56,855 nt of DNA from Cyanophora paradoxa CCMP329 (taxonomy: Eukaryota; Plantae; Glaucophyta). Below, piece by piece: positions 21,976 through 33,200 of the stretch (its first letter is position 1; each line of letters opens with the position of its first letter). The position numbers and the translations under genes are program-made. The stretch is from contig QPMI01000699.1 of NCBI GenBank assembly GCA_004431415.1, positions 1 through 56,855 of the forward strand. Direction: 5' to 3'. Below the pieces are notes generated by a model. It did no database searches and was not told the origin of the DNA. It saw only the letters and a list, made by a program, of their open reading frames with translations.

Positions 21976-22892
21976 TGGGCCTCATGATCATGATCAGTGA
22001 TCATGATCATCATGAGCACTACACCGCCTGGCGACCCGCGCCACCGCCCGCCGCGCCTCCGCTCCGCCCCGCGAGCCGCGCCGCCACCCCTGAGCCCCCG
22101 CCCGTCCGACGAGCCGCGTCGCCGCCCGACGCGTTTCCGCCCCGCCCGCGAGCCGCGGCGCCGCTCGCCGCGCCCCCGCCCGCCCGGCGACCCGCGCCGC
22201 CGCCCGCAGCGCCTCCGACCTGCCCGGCGGGCCGCGCCTCCGCCCGCCGCGCCTCCGCCCCGCCCGCGAGCCGCGGCGCCGCCCGCCGCGCCTCCGCCCC
22301 GCCCGCGAGCCGCGCCTCCGCCCGCCACGCCTCCGCCCTGCCCGGCGAGCCGCGCCTCCGCTCGCCGCGCCTCCACCCCGTGCGGCGAGCCGCGCCTCCG
22401 CTCGCCGCGCCTCCGCCCCGCCCTGCGAGCCGCGTCTCCGCCCGCCGCGCCCCCGCCCCGCCCCGCGAGCTGCGCCGCCACCCGCTGAGCCCCCGCCCTG
22501 CCCGGAAAGCCGAGTCGCTGCCCGACGCGCCTCCGCCCCGTCCGGCGAGCCGCGTCGCCGCCCGCCGAGCCTCCGTCCCGCCCCGCGAGCTGCGCCGCCG
22601 CCCCCCGCGCCCCCGCCCCGCCCAGTGAGCCGCGCCGCCACCCTGCCCGGAGAGCCGCGCTCGCCGCGTCTCCCACCTGGCCGGAGGGAGCTGTGCCACC
22701 ACCCGCTGTCTCGCTGAACCCGCCAGGCAAGTTAAGCGGGGGGAGAGAGGGGGGAGGGAGGGAGAGCCGTGGGCGAGGGGAGGGCATACTCCGAGGGCGC
22801 TTCGGCGCGGCGGCGGCAGGGCTCTTGCGGCCGCGGGGTGCACAGGCAGCCGCGAGGGCGGGCGCGGGGCGCTTGTCGTTGTGCGGCGCGGC

Positions 22893-25294
22893 GGGGCGGC
22901 GGGGCGCTCGAAGATCCTCTCCCGCGGCAGCGGGACGCCCCGAAAATTCAAAATCCTCGAGAGCTGCGAGGGCGTCAGCAGCAGGCAGGCCGGGCTGTGC
23001 CGGGCAGGGCGCTCGGCACGGCGCACCGTCTCTGCGGGCGGGGCGAAAGCGACGGGGCGGGGCGGGGCGACGGCGACGGGGCCGGGCGAAGCGACAGCGC
23101 CGGGGCGGGCCGGGGAGCCGGCGGGGCTGCACGGGGCTGCACGGGGCGTGCGCCCCGGGCCGCCGCCCGCCGATCCTACGCCCCGCCGTGCAATCCATGC
23201 TGCCGCCCTCCGCTCCCTCCGACCATCGCCCCGGGACTCGATCATCCTGCGCGACAGGAGCGCCTTGTCAGCGACGCGTACGCACACAGACCGCTCAACT
23301 CACCTCGTCTAGGCCTGAGCCTCACCAAGCTGTGGAAGAGGGGTCCAGAATTCGGAGCCTGGAGACGGCGCGCGCGATCCAGCGCCTGGAACGCAAGCAA
23401 GAATCGTGAGACATGCGTTCGCGCGCCGCTGACGCAAAGCTATGGTCCGGTGGCCCACCCCGGCGATGGCGACGCGCTCGGCAGGGCGCGCTCGCCGCCA
23501 GCGGCGTGCCGGCACTCCATCGCCCGCTACGAAGGAGAGATCAACAGCGAGAAGCGTGCGGCAGTTCGCCTGTCCCCCGTTCCCGGCCAGGCGGCCGCCG
23601 CACCTTGGCTCGGCTTGGGCGCAGGGCCAACCAACTGGGCCGACGGGGCTCACCGCCGGCGATCCCTGCGAAATCGAGTGAGCTGTACGTCACGCGTGGA
23701 ACGCGGAGGGCACGGCATAGACGCACGTCGTCGGTTTGTGGGAGGAAGGCAGGCCGTGAACGCAGCGCCGCACGGAAACACGGCCACGCCAGGGCATAGA
23801 CATGCAGCTGCGAGAACACGGGCCACATGCGCCTAGCTATAGCTAACGAAAGGGCCGCGCGCCGCATCTGCGAGCTTCCGCCAACGTGCTCGGCACCGCG
23901 GCCGAGCGAGCTGCGAAGGAGCATGGGACCGCTCAGGCTTCCTCGGAAAGCTGAGCCGAAGGGCGTCCTCAAGCATCCTCGATCGATATCGCTGTTGGTG
24001 TCGCTGCCGCTTTCGCCCAACAGCTGTGTACCCCGAAATCCGCGGCCTTGCACTTTGAAGAGCACGCAGGGCAAGAACTGGCTGCGGCCTCCAGCACGGG
24101 ACGCAATGCAATCTCGGTGCGTCGGCGCTGGGCTCTCCACCGCAGCGCATCCTGGTCTCCCTTACTCCACAATTTCAAACAGGTCAAACGGAGTCCGCAC
24201 AGCTGCCGCGAACTTGACGAGCCTCGAGCGCGAACGACGTTCGAAGGTGCCTACTTGCATCCTCTCGCGTCCCCCGCCTGTCGCCGGCCTGATTTCAAAC
24301 GCAGAGCGCTGCCCCAGGGCGGCGGGCGCCCGCTCGTGGCGAAGAGCGCTCGTGTACGCGTCGTTCTTGCCTCTTCAAGCGCCCTTGATCTGCATTCTTA
24401 GCCCGGCCGCCGCCGCCAAGTGTTCCTTCTTTTGGTCGGCTCGCGCAGAAAGGAGAAGGCGGCTGCCGATGCGAAGCAAGGTGCTTTTTCGTTTCATCTC
24501 CTTTGCCCCAATCCCTCATTCCGCTGGCGGTCCAGGGAACGGGGTGACTGGCCCGCGCGAGCAGAGCACCACCATCCAGTTCGCCTAGCGTCTTCTCCCG
24601 CAGGCCAGGTGCTCGCTCTTGTTTCCGCTACTCTCGCGTTGATGTTTTTGTGACGCCGGCCGCGTGCGCAGCGGAGCGGGTGCCGTTCTCGGACGCGTGG
24701 CTTCTGGACGGCCGTGGCCTCGGAGTTCTTGTGCTTGCGGCCGCTGGGGCGCAGGTGCGGCAGGTGCGGTCGTTTGCCGGCGCGCATTCTTCTCTTCTTT
24801 CGGTTGACGCTCCGAGCTCAGCGAGCGCTGCGCCGTCGCGGCGACCGCGTTCCGGGCGCTCTCAATCTCGGTGTGGGCGCTCGGCGACAGGTGCGGTCTG
24901 TTTATTGGCGCGCGTTCTCTCTTCTTTTGATTGACATTCCTCTCCGTGCGCAGCGAGCGCTCTGCCTTCGACGTCGGGCACGGGCAAGGGATGCTGGAAG
25001 CGGGGACGGGCCTCCTGCTCTCTCCTTGCTGCGGTGCGCAGACGTCCCCTTGCTTCCCACTTCTCTCTTTATGCTAGGAGCCCGCTTATCCTGATGCGCG
25101 CAGCGCAGCGAGCGCGGCGACGTTCCGCAGCGAGTGCGGCGAGGGCGCATTCTGCCTGGGCCGGAGGCGGGCTGCTGGCGATCGGCTGGGCATGCGCAGG
25201 CGGCGGACGATGCCGCAGGCAGGACAGCAGTACTACCTGCTGTTCGGCAGCTGATTGCAGTTAAAACGTTAGTTTTCCTTTTCTCGGCAACTAG
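22893..25294 (-). repeat. Right internal inverted arm of the foldback element
   Basis: Reverse complement of 15305-17815. Confidence 0.9.
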
Positions 25295-26145
25295 CGCGGG
25301 GGACGACGCCGCTTGCAGGTCATTGCGTATTGTGTAAAGCCCTTACAGCCTAAGTTGCAGGCGGGGCAGATTGGGGCAGATGAGCTCGAGGGCGCCCGCG
25401 CACGATCGGCCACGAGGCCGCTAGCTGTTTCACAGTGTGCGCACATCTACACGAGGGCGCCGCGCGGGCTCGGGATTGGCCCCCACGAGGGCGCTGAGCT
25501 GTGTGCGCATGCGCACATGTACTACGGTACGACCTAGGGGCGCCGGCGCCACGCGTACGCGTGCCCCGTCGAGCTTGACGACCGACTCTCTCTCTCGGCG
25601 AGCTCGAGCCGCGTCGAGCTCAGGCCCATAGCAACGAGCTCGACGACCGTCGACCGGTACCGGCCACGCTGCTGGCTATAGCTACGTATACGCCGGCGCA
25701 GTGCGTCCAGCTGCGTCGAGCGGCGCAGTGCGTCAAACTTCGAGTGCGTCGAGCGACGCAGTTTCGTGAAACTTGGCGCACTGCTTGAAACTGCGTGGAG
25801 ATTTCGAGCAGTGCTTCATTTCCGACGCAATGCTTGAAATTCCCACGCAATGCTTGAAATTTCCGACGCAATGCGTGGGTGAGCCAAAAGTGCCGGGGTA
25901 CAGCGCGGCCTCACCGAGTGGGACCTGGCGCTCATGGCCGGCCGCATGCTCAACGGCGATCGGCTCGAGGCGGGCCACCGCCTCAAGCTAGAGGACGGCG
26001 GCACGGCCGTCTGGACGGGCGAGGCCTGGACGCACGACTCGACGGGCGAGCCGATGAAGCTGCTCGCCTCCGGCAACAAGTACTGGCGCGGCGACTCGAT
26101 GGAGTACCGGCGGCCGTGATTTTCTAGCCCTTCTACCAGCAAAGA

Positions 26146-26430
26146 ATGGCTGACCCCTCGCCCGACCCGGCCGCAGGCGTCGAGAGCGCGGGCAGCTCGG
26201 ACGAGTACTCGGAGCTCTCGGATCCGGATCCCGACGAGCCCTCCGACGCCTTCGCGACCGAGAACGAGCGCTCCCTCATGCGCATCTACGAGTCCCTGCG
26301 CGAAGCTATCTACTGGGAGGACCCGCGCCTAGGGACCCTCATGAACTTCTCCAAGTTTGCCGAGTTCATGTTCGCTATGACCGTGCCCTTTACCCGAGTC
26401 GTGCTCTGGGATAGGAACAGGAACTGGTAG
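26146..26430 (+). CDS. 94-aa viral hypothetical protein with acidic N-terminus
   Basis: Intact ORF; ATTTTCTA motif overlaps the upstream TGA. Confidence 0.7.
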   Translation: MADPSPDPAAGVESAGSSDEYSELSDPDPDEPSDAFATENERSLMRIYESLREAIYWEDPRLGTLMNFSKFAEFMFAMTVPFTRVVLWDRNRNW

Positions 26431-26446
26431 TATTGAGTACAGAGCC

Positions 26447-26851
26447 CTACGAGCTAGAGCTGCTATCGCCCGAGTCCAGGCGCGCCTTCTTGGCCTTGGA
26501 GCGGCGGAGGCGGGAGACGTACTGCAGGCGCAGGTTGCGCACGAGCAGCTCGCCGGCCGTGGTGCCCGGCAGCCCGGGAACCGCGTCCGTGGGCAGCAGC
26601 TGGCCCTCGCGTATCGCCTTGTACGTCTTGCGCTTGTTGAATGCAACCTTCTCCGTATCCTCCGTGCCGTCGTACTGGGACGTGGGAAGGAACTGCGAGG
26701 CGGTCTTGGGGACTTCTAGAACCAGCGCGCGCTTGGCCTTCTTGATGGAGACTGCGTTCGCGCGCTCCAGCTTGACGCCGGGCTCCAGGGGGGTAGCGGC
26801 GACTTCGTTCTCAGCGAAGGAGACACGGGGGGAAGAGCCGCCGCGGGGCAT
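26447..26851 (-). CDS. 134-aa basic viral hypothetical protein
   Basis: Intact ORF with codon bias; ATTTTCTA motif upstream on the minus strand. Confidence 0.7.
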   Translation of the reverse strand: MPRGGSSPRVSFAENEVAATPLEPGVKLERANAVSIKKAKRALVLEVPKTASQFLPTSQYDGTEDTEKVAFNKRKTYKAIREGQLLPTDAVPGLPGTTAGELLVRNLRLQYVSRLRRSKAKKARLDSGDSSSSS

Positions 26852-26867
26852 GGTTCGCTCGCTTTAC

Positions 26868-27194
26868 CTAGCGTTTAGAAAATAGCGCGCGAGCCTCGAG
26901 CACCAGGAGACCCGCCACAACCGCTGCGGCGATGACCACGGCAACCTCGAGCCGGTGCCAGAAGCGCTCGGCCCCGTCCGTGAGCGCGCGGCCCGCCTTG
27001 CCCGGTGCGGTGAGTGCGGAGCCCAGCGCGCCCGCCGCAATGTCCGCCCACGCGCCTCCGTCGCCGCGCAGCACGTTCTCGCGGTTCTTCATCTCGACTG
27101 TGGCGCCGATCGCGGCGTTGAGCTCACCGAACTGCAGCCGCGGCGCGCCCTTGGGCCCAAAGGTCTTGGTGAGCAGCGCGTCGAGCCAGCTCAT
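26868..27194 (-). CDS. 108-aa viral protein with C-terminal TM helix
   Basis: VAVVIAAAVVAGLLVL; ATTTTCG motif upstream. Confidence 0.7.
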   Translation of the reverse strand: MSWLDALLTKTFGPKGAPRLQFGELNAAIGATVEMKNRENVLRGDGGAWADIAAGALGSALTAPGKAGRALTDGAERFWHRLEVAVVIAAAVVAGLLVLEARALFSKR

Positions 27195-27223
27195 CTCTAC
27201 TAGCTAGCGCTTCGAAAATCTAT

Positions 27224-27718
27224 CTAAATCGCGAAGCCGCGCAGGTACCAGACCATCAGGAGCGAGCCGCCGAGCGCCACGAGCAGCGGCAGGTGCCCGT
27301 CGACCGCGCGCCGCGCCTCCCAGGCCCAGATCTCCTGGCGGCTCAGCTCGTTCGCGCCGTCGAAGTAAGCGCTGACGCCGTACTCGCGCGCGGGCGCAGG
27401 CTGCGACCAGAGGCCGGCGCTCAGGCGCGGCGCCCCCTCCCTCTGCTGCTGCGAGGCCAGCGCCGCCGTCGCCGCGTGCGCCGCCTCCCTCTGGCCCGGG
27501 GCGATCGCTACGAGGGGCAGGGGCCCGACGCCGCGGCCCTTGCCCGCAGCCTTAATCGACTTCAGCGCCGGCGGCGCCGGGTCCGCGCCCCTTATCTTAG
27601 GCCCCTCCGCCCCGCCGCCGGCCTTCGCCCCGCCCCCCTTGGCAGCCTCGCCGATCTTGCTGCAGCGCGAGTCCGATTTGAACACCGTACACAACAGCTT
27701 CTCTACGGCGTTGGGCAT
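27224..27718 (-). CDS. 164-aa viral protein with C-terminal TM helix
   Basis: LPLLVALGGSLLMVWYL; AATTTTCT motif upstream. Confidence 0.7.
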   Translation of the reverse strand: MPNAVEKLLCTVFKSDSRCSKIGEAAKGGGAKAGGGAEGPKIRGADPAPPALKSIKAAGKGRGVGPLPLVAIAPGQREAAHAATAALASQQQREGAPRLSAGLWSQPAPAREYGVSAYFDGANELSRQEIWAWEARRAVDGHLPLLVALGGSLLMVWYLRGFAI

Positions 27719-27720
27719 GT

Positions 27721-28014
27721 TTAGACGTGTACAGACGATGAAGAAAATTTAAATGCCAACGGACTCAAAAGGACGTCGCAACTTTGAAAAGGGAAAGGGG
27801 GAATGGAACTTTGAAAAGGAGAGTTAACGCCCCGCGGGGCGCATGCCGGCCGTCGCCATCGAGACGGAGCCGGGGCGTAGAGGGTCTTGGCGGCGTAGCC
27901 GAAGCCCACGCCGATGACGGCCGAGGCGGTGGGCGTGCCGCCGAGGAGCCAGGTGAGGGTCGCGGCGAGGGCTCCTAGCGAGTAATGCGGGGGATAGCTG
28001 TCAGCGAGGGCCAT
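27721..28014 (-). CDS. Small viral membrane protein (C-terminus probably frameshifted)
   Basis: YSLGALAATLTWLLGG...AVIGVGFGY; ATTTTTTCTC motif upstream. Confidence 0.55.
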   Translation of the reverse strand: MALADSYPPHYSLGALAATLTWLLGGTPTASAVIGVGFGYAAKTLYAPAPSRWRRPACAPRGVNSPFQSSIPPFPFQSCDVLLSPLAFKFSSSSVHV

Positions 28015-28062
28015 CGCGGGACCGAATTGGAAGGGGTTGAGAAAAAATACCGCCTCGAGGCC

Positions 28063-29375
28063 TCAGTGGTGGAGGTGCCGGAAGCGCGCGTTGTCCTCGG
28101 CCTCCTCGCGCTCCGCCTGCTCCTCCGCCGCGTCGATCTCCGCCCGCGAGGCCTCCAGCGTCGCCCGCCGCGCGTAGGACTGCGGGACGGCCACGCGCCG
28201 GTAGGGCTGGGCGAGGGTCTTCGCCAGCCCCGCCGTCTCCGCCTCGAACGCCCGCCAAGTCTCCGAGGCCTCCGCACCGGAGATCTGGCGGGCGCGGAAT
28301 CCCGCCTCCAGCTCGGCGCGGAAGGCGAGGGTGCGCTGCAGGCGCTGGGCCCAGAGGGCCTGGCGCCGCGCCTCCGCCTCGCGTGCCTGGCGCGCCGCCA
28401 GCGCCTGCCGCTCGGCCTCCTGCTGGGCCCCGAAGCCCTGGATCGCGGAGAGGACGGCGCCGGGGCGGGGACGGGCGCGGCGAAGGCGGCGGGGACGGGG
28501 CTGCGGTCGGCTAGGGAGAAGGGGACGGGGCTGGGGCCGGCGCTGCTGGAGGGGCGGCCGAGGCCGAGCGCGCGCGCGAGCCCGAGGCCGAGCGCGAGCC
28601 CGAGCTGCCGTAGCTGCTGGGGCCGGCGCCGCCGTCCACGGGGCTGCTGCGGAAGCTGCCCGCGGGGAGGCGCCCTCGCCCTGGCCCGAGGGTCAGGAGG
28701 GGGGCGGGGGAAAGGGGGGTACGGGGAGGGCGCGGGTGCGGGGCCGGACCTGGCGCGGCAGCATCTCGTCGATGCGCTGCTGGCCGGCGTGCTGCTGGGC
28801 GGCGGGGGCGAACGACGGGGGCGGGGGCGGGACGAAGGCGGGGGCCGAGTTGCGGGCGCGCTTGCCCCTGCCCCTGTTCGAGGCCTTGACGGGGAAGGGG
28901 CCGTTCTCCGGGTCCGCCGGCTCGAAGAACTGGATGGCCTGCAGCGCCGGCTGGCTCGCGCCGAGGGAGAGGGGGGCCTTGGGGACGATGCCGCGGATGT
29001 AGGTCTCCCAGACGCCGCCGGCCTTGTAGGAGAAGAGGCGGCACCTGGGGCCGAAGGCGGCGATGGTCTCGTCCAGCTCGCCGTTCTCGACGTCGGCGGC
29101 GACGGCGGCGGAGGCGTCGGGGCCCTCCGTGCGCGAGATGTACTCGCAGATGCCCGCCACGCTCGTCATGCCGCCCTCCGTCTCCGAGCCGACGAGGTAG
29201 GTGGTGGGGTCGACGACGCAGTGGGTGATGATGAAGCGGGTGAGGGTGCAGGAGGCCGTCTCCTGCCAGAAGGCCAGGCGCTTCTCCCGCAGCCACACCG
29301 GCTCGAAGGACTGGATGCACGCCGCCTCGCCGTCCGCGAGCGCGTGGATGATCTTCCAGGCGTAGTAGGTTGGCA
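28063..29375 (-). pseudogene. 5'-truncated viral gene resembling the C-terminal (winged-helix) part of a D5-like helicase, followed by Pro-rich/coiled-coil tail
   Basis: PTYYAWKIIHALADGEAACIQSFEPVWLREKRLAFWQETASCTLTRFIITHCVVDP...ETYIRGI; the frame is lost at the palindrome starting at 29376. Confidence 0.5.
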
Positions 29376-29430
29376 GGATGTGACCACCTCTTGGAAACTT
29401 CTAATAGAACTTTTCATGAGGTGTACACAA
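29376..29430. repeat. 55-bp imperfect palindrome, copy 1
   Basis: GGATGTGACCACCTCTTGGAAACTTCTAATAGAACTTTTCATGAGGTGTACACAA; 52/55 identical to 37236-37290. Confidence 0.9.
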
Positions 29431-29519
29431 GATCCTTGTGACCACCTCAAGGAAAAGAGGCAAATCTCAGATACCAGGTACCAAGAGCACCTCCTTTTCT
29501 TAAGGTGCATGTGCATGTG

Positions 29520-29522
<3 letters not shown>

Positions 29523-29608
<86 letters not shown>
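29523..29608 (+). repeat. (GA)n microsatellite, ~43 units
   Basis: Directly visible in the sequence. Confidence 0.97.
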
Positions 29609-29611
<3 letters not shown>

Positions 29612-29629
29612 AGAGCTCAAGTCAAAGTC

Positions 29630-29900
29630 TCTGGACATCTGGACATTTGGACATTTGGACATTTGGACATTTGGACATAACATGTACCCCGCTATCTATA
29701 GCTAGCGCTAGCTCATCGTAGGCCTAGGCCTTGGCCTTGGACATCTGGACATCTGGACACTTGGACATTTGGACATTTGGACATAACATGTACCCCGCTA
29801 TCTATAGCTAGCGCTAGCTCATCGTAGGCCTAGGCCTTGGCCTTGGACATCTGGACACTTGGACACTTGGACACTTGGACATTTGGACATAACACGTACC
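29630..29900 (+). repeat. Nested tandem repeat: 8-bp GGACA(T/C)(T/C)T units within a ~107-bp unit
   Basis: Three runs of GGACATTT/GGACACTT, separated by CATGTACCCCGCTATCTATAGCTAGCGCTAGC. Confidence 0.85.
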
Positions 29901-30219
29901 CCCCTCCACAGTCTTCCCCCTTAGCTTCGAGCTGCTCTTGAACTAGCGAGCCCGCCGTCGCTCCGGCACAGCAGGCGATAGAGCAGGTAGCTCTGAGCTC
30001 GTCGGCATCCTCGCCGGTCGCGCCGCCGCCGTCCTTGGGTGCTCCGGACCGCGGACCGCCATTTCGCGCCACGGTGGGCTCCCGAAGCCCGGAAAGTTGC
30101 TACGGAAAGCTCTGTTGACCGGCGATCGCACTGTGCCGCCGCAGAGTCGCCCGCCGCCCGCCGTGAAGTTCGAGGGCAAGTCGCGCACTGACCTTCGCTT
30201 CTCTCCGCCTCGCAGAGGT

Positions 30220-33200
30220 GCACGCCGGTCCTGCGACCTCAGAGCCTCATCCTAGAAGCATTTGAAGCCGACCTGCGCTGCGCCCGCTCACCCTTGTCGC
30301 GGGATTTTGAATTCGGCGGGGCGCAGGTTGCCGGGAGCCCAGACGATCCAGGCTGCGAGCGCGCCATCCGCTTTGCATCTCTGTCGACTAAGAAGGTGCA
30401 TACGAGTCGCTGGTCCGCCGGGGCGCGGGATTTGCCTCGCTTTCTCGCAACCACAGCCCAAGCGCCAGCTCCATGCTCACCTGCTGTGTGCGCAGCGAGG
30501 CCGATCGCATGGAGCATCACGCGCGCAGTGCATTCGTTCGCGTCTCTCCGTCTCCGCTACTTCCGAGTCGAAGTGCGCACCCATGCTGCAATCCCGCCAG
30601 CGCCCGCTGCTCACGGGGCCCGGATCCGTGCAGCAGAACGCCGGGCTCGGCGACGCTCACTCCATCTCGAAGGCATCTCAACGACGCTGAAGGCCCGAGC
30701 TCGGCGACGCTGCGCCCGACCTCGTCGCCCGCCATGAACTCGTCCCCGTCGCCTTCGGAGCCCTCGCTGCCAGGGAAGCCCGCGGCCCCTGCAGCGAATG
30801 AGCCGGATTCAGACAAGCCCGTGCGCACTTTCAGACTGCGCGATCGCTTTCCCCTCTTTCTCTCCCTTTTCCCTTCTTTTCATTCATGCGCCGGCGGCTC
30901 ACTTCTGGCCCGTGCACGCAGGCTTGGGAGCCCTTGTACGCCTCGAACGGCCTGAAGCAGGCGGTCGCCCTGACGGAGAAGGTCCTCGCGATGCACCTCT
31001 CGCGCCCCAACAGCAACTGCGACTTTGCCTCCGGGCCCGTCCGCTTGCATGCCATCGAGTCCACTAGGGGCGAGTGTGTCCGCCGCCCCCAGGCGACCAT
31101 CGGCATCTCAATGTTCAAGTTCAAGACGACCATGGATGTACTTGGTATGCGCGCAGCTTTGTCTTTCTCGTCTCTATCTAGATTATTCCTTCCGTGAACT
31201 TGCTCTCAATCTCACTGGCACCTGTGCCGCAGATGAGAATGAGCGCTCTTACGAAGTCGTCATCAGCGTGGTATTCAGCTACCGCCAGCCGAAGCGCTTC
31301 ACTCTCCTCCTCGCCGCCAAGCCCAACGGGGTGACTTTGAAGTATCGCATCGAAGATGTCTGCCCCAAGGAGGCCTGTGAGCACGCACTGATGGACTGGG
31401 CTGCACGCCTCGACCCCGCAGTCTTGCTGGGCACCTCGTCCCAGGTCCGCGCCTCCTTCTCTCATTCCAGTCTTCTAAAGCGGCCGCTCTGGACTTGCAC
31501 CCACTCGCGACTGATTTTCGTCTCCTTCTCCTAGGGTGCAGTCTCAAAGATTGCAGAGGCCCCGCCCCTCGAGCCACTTTCACCGGAGGCCAAGGATGCC
31601 CTTCTTGCTGGGTCCATCGAGACTGGCGTCCTGGCAGCAGTGCGTCAGCAGTTGGACGACGAGTTCATGGCATTTGACCCCCGCCGGGGCGAGCTGTTGG
31701 TGAGCTCTAGATCTCATTGCAATCCACTGGTTCTCCTTGATACCATCTGACTGCGAGCTCCCTCCTTTCGCCCAGCAACTTGCTTTCACATCCGATCGGC
31801 GCCCGACGTACAGCTACACGCCCTTTAACGGCCTCAAGGGCCACGCAACGGTCCGAGCGTACGCCAACCGTATTCTCGACCGGATTGCATTCGCCATCAA
31901 GGAGGATGAAGACGCACGCGAGCAGGAGCCCAAGCGGCCCCGCATCATGTCATCCAGCCGCAGCAAGTCAGACGTGTTTGCTTCCAGCCGCGCCGAGCTG
32001 CTCGACAAGATCGTCGCCTCCATCCTGCATGACCCCGCTTGGGTTAAGCAGGTCAAGACCACCGATCTCATTGTCAGCTTCGACGACGTCGCAGTGAACA
32101 TCCGCGACCCCGGAGTGCTATACCGCTACAACGGCGCCAACCCTCCCTCTGTCAAGGAGATTCCGTCCACGTGGGAGAACCCCGAGTCGTTCTCCTATGG
32201 CTATCGGTGAGCCGGCTGTTTGCATCGCTGTCCGCTGCTCTTTCCCTTTATCTCTTCCTCTCTAAGGCGCGCGCGGCCCGGGCAGTTACTTTCCCAACTG
32301 CTTGGCGGACGCAACGGGCCGTCAGTGCGACTACAACAGCTTGGTGACCGCGCACTGCCCGCTGGACAAGATCTGCCGAGATCAAGGGATCAATGATGTG
32401 CTCTTCTACGGCGTGTGTGGCATCGGCATTGCCAGTGATCCCGAGCAGGATGCGGTGCGCTGACATCCTGCGCTTTGCGCTCTATTCAACTTCATCTCTA
32501 TTCGACCTCCCATTCAGCTCTCTAACGTTTGGCGCCTTCAAAGATTGTGCACCTCGAGGGGCTCGGCAACACCGGCAAGAGCACACTGCAGGCAGTCGTC
32601 GAGAAGCTCATCACCTGCGAGACCCCATCGAAGGACTCCTCGCCGCAGTTCATGCTTTCTTGCATCTACGACTGCCACGAGCCTGTCTCTGCCCTCTTCA
32701 TTCACGAGGTCGGCAACTCCACGCAGCTCAAGGTCCGTTCGCCAGAGTCAATGATTATTCTTCAGCTCACGCCCTCTTGCCCTGCCAGTCGCTGCAGTCA
32801 AAGATCAAGACGATTAGCGGACACGATCCAGTCAGCATCGAGGCAAAGAACAAGCCCCCGCTCAAGGCCCGCCTGCGGGCCGTTGTCTGGACGGCTGGCA
32901 ACCCCACGGGCCTCTCTCAGGTGTGCCTTCCGTCACGGGCATCTTGGAGTGAGCTTTGAGCTCACGTTTTTGCTGCTCAGCACCTGTACAAGGACTACGG
33001 GGGCGATATGAGCCGCCGACTTCTGTACCTTCCCTTCAACAAGCCGGTGATTCCGACCTTAAGATCTCTTTTCGACTCTCTGTGTTCTAGATCTAGATCT
33101 TGGCCGCAGGTCGAAGCCGTAACCAACTTCAAGGAGAGCTGCCTGCAGCCCTACAACCTGGGTGTAGCGCTTGCCAAGATGATCGCTGCCCGTCACGTCC

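Larger units (their letters stand above)
14712..25900. mobile_element. 11,189-bp non-autonomous foldback-like TIR transposon with 6-bp TSD (CAGCGC)
   Basis: 37-bp perfect TIR TACCCCGGCACTTTTGGCTCACCCACGCATTGCGTCG at 14712, inverted copy ending at 25900; CAGCGC at 14706-14711 and 25901-25906; subterminal ACGCA(A/G)TGC repeats; no recognisable transposase. Confidence 0.9.
14583..26119 (+). pseudogene. 113-aa viral membrane protein gene split by a transposon (14583-14711 + 25907-26119)
   Basis: Removing 14712-25906 gives the uninterrupted MEALLDLMAFALPIFFLVGLSRM...PEEQR|GLTEWDLALMAGRMLNG...MEYRRP*. Confidence 0.85.
1..29375. mobile_element. Endogenous mriyavirus-like (small Nucleocytoviricota-related) viral element; partial, left end outside window; interrupted by an 11.2-kb transposon
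   Basis: Dense, intronless, GC3-rich ORFs with NCLDV hallmark motifs (MCP, A32 ATPase, VLTF3, RuvC, SSB, DUF5767-like) plus an HUH endonuclease. The same upstream AT motif occurs in both halves (1-14.7 kb and 25.9-29.4 kb), and one ORF is rejoined across the insertion. Confidence 0.85.

Noticed and set aside
15038-25631. Many ORFs in the foldback arms, GC repeats and the 348-bp array
   Set aside because: Low-complexity R/A/P/G translations or repeat-derived; frames are not conserved between arms or units, and no transposase motif was found.
30430-30490. QPKRQLHAHLL as an HUH motif fused to the SF3 helicase
   Set aside because: Frame and exon status are uncertain, and no motif I or III is evident; similarity to a later exon (FSYRQPKR) suggests something else. 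Worth a profile search only.
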